From the NCBI RefSeq assembly GCF_004010195.1, contig NC_057751.1, positions 11,584,578 to 11,648,577 on the forward strand: 64,000 bases of DNA, in the 5' to 3' direction. Origin of the DNA: Chiloscyllium plagiosum. Its lineage: Eukaryota. Shown one piece after another: positions 63,400 to 64,000 of the stretch; position 1 is the stretch's first letter, and every line of letters starts with the position of its first letter. A model generated the notes under the pieces. That model was not told the DNA's origin, did not search any database, and saw only the letters and a list, made by a program, of their open reading frames with translations. The translations under genes were made by a program, and so were the position numbers.

Positions 63400-64000
63400 A
63401 TTTATAGTTAACGTTGACATCCGGGTTGGGTTGGTTAGCTTTGGTGACTTGTTGTGTTCATGTAAATTTCACCCGGAAAAAGACAAGAGAGAAAGAGATA
63501 AAACTTGTGTTTAGTCTGTCGTTTGAACCCGCTGCGGAAAAAAAAGGTCGGATTTTCGGTTTTTTTGGAAGAATCTGTTGGGGAAACCAAAAAAACCGTG
63601 TTTGAGCTGCACATTTTGATCAGAGGCTTGTGCAGTGTTGCTAGGCTGCGTGCAACAGATTCCCCCGGTTCTCGCCTGGGTAAGTCGATGAATAACGATG
63701 CTTTTATTTTATCGACCTCTCCTGTGTGACAAGGGGTTCAGCTTCTTCTTTGGGGAGGGAGAAGCAAGAGCTGCGAGGTGGCAAATTGCAACCCATCCCC
63801 ACTCCTCCCCCGCCCACTGTGCTCAGTTTCAAGTGGATTAAGACACGAGTTTTCCTGGAGGGTCTTGCATCATTTCGACGGACTTCCTTCTCCCCCCCCC
63901 CATAAGTGCGTGCAGAAACCGGCTGCTCGAAGCGAGTTCGCCGGCAGCAGGGTTGTGCCTGAACCCAAAGGTGTTCCCGTCCGGGGGGGCTCAAGCAAGG
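63400..64000. promoter_or_regulatory. Edge of a CpG/GC-rich region, possible promoter or first exon of a neighbouring gene
   Basis: Non-repetitive, with a sharp rise in CpG and GC toward the window end (e.g. CCCCGCCC GC-box near 63808, CGAAGCGAGTTCGCCGGC). Confidence 0.4.

Overview
Repeat-rich, AT-rich vertebrate genomic DNA, almost certainly from an elasmobranch (shark/ray), inferred from the elasmobranch HE1 SINE/HER1 CR1-LINE pair. I recognise no intact host gene. A large share of the window is decayed, often nested, transposable elements: CR1/HER1 LINEs, HE1 and other tRNA-derived SINEs, DeuSINE-like relics, Gypsy LTR pieces and a Tx1-like 3' end. Five features stand out. (1) At least eight short Penelope-type insertions from three families carry minimal hammerhead-ribozyme motifs; several fold back as hairpins and seven have 13-14 bp target-site duplications (TSDs). 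(2) A 5'-exact 18S rRNA retrocopy sits between 7-bp direct repeats. (3) A ~2 kb inverted duplication of a LINE junction lies inside a TSD-bounded Gypsy remnant. (4) There is a ~75-copy 27-bp minisatellite with higher-order structure. (5) A chain of + strand exon-like segments with canonical splice sites runs across most of the window and may be a large decayed multi-exon gene; this is a hypothesis and the protein is not identified. The last ~600 bp become CpG-rich, like a promoter edge. All calls are by eye, and boundaries of old repeats are approximate.
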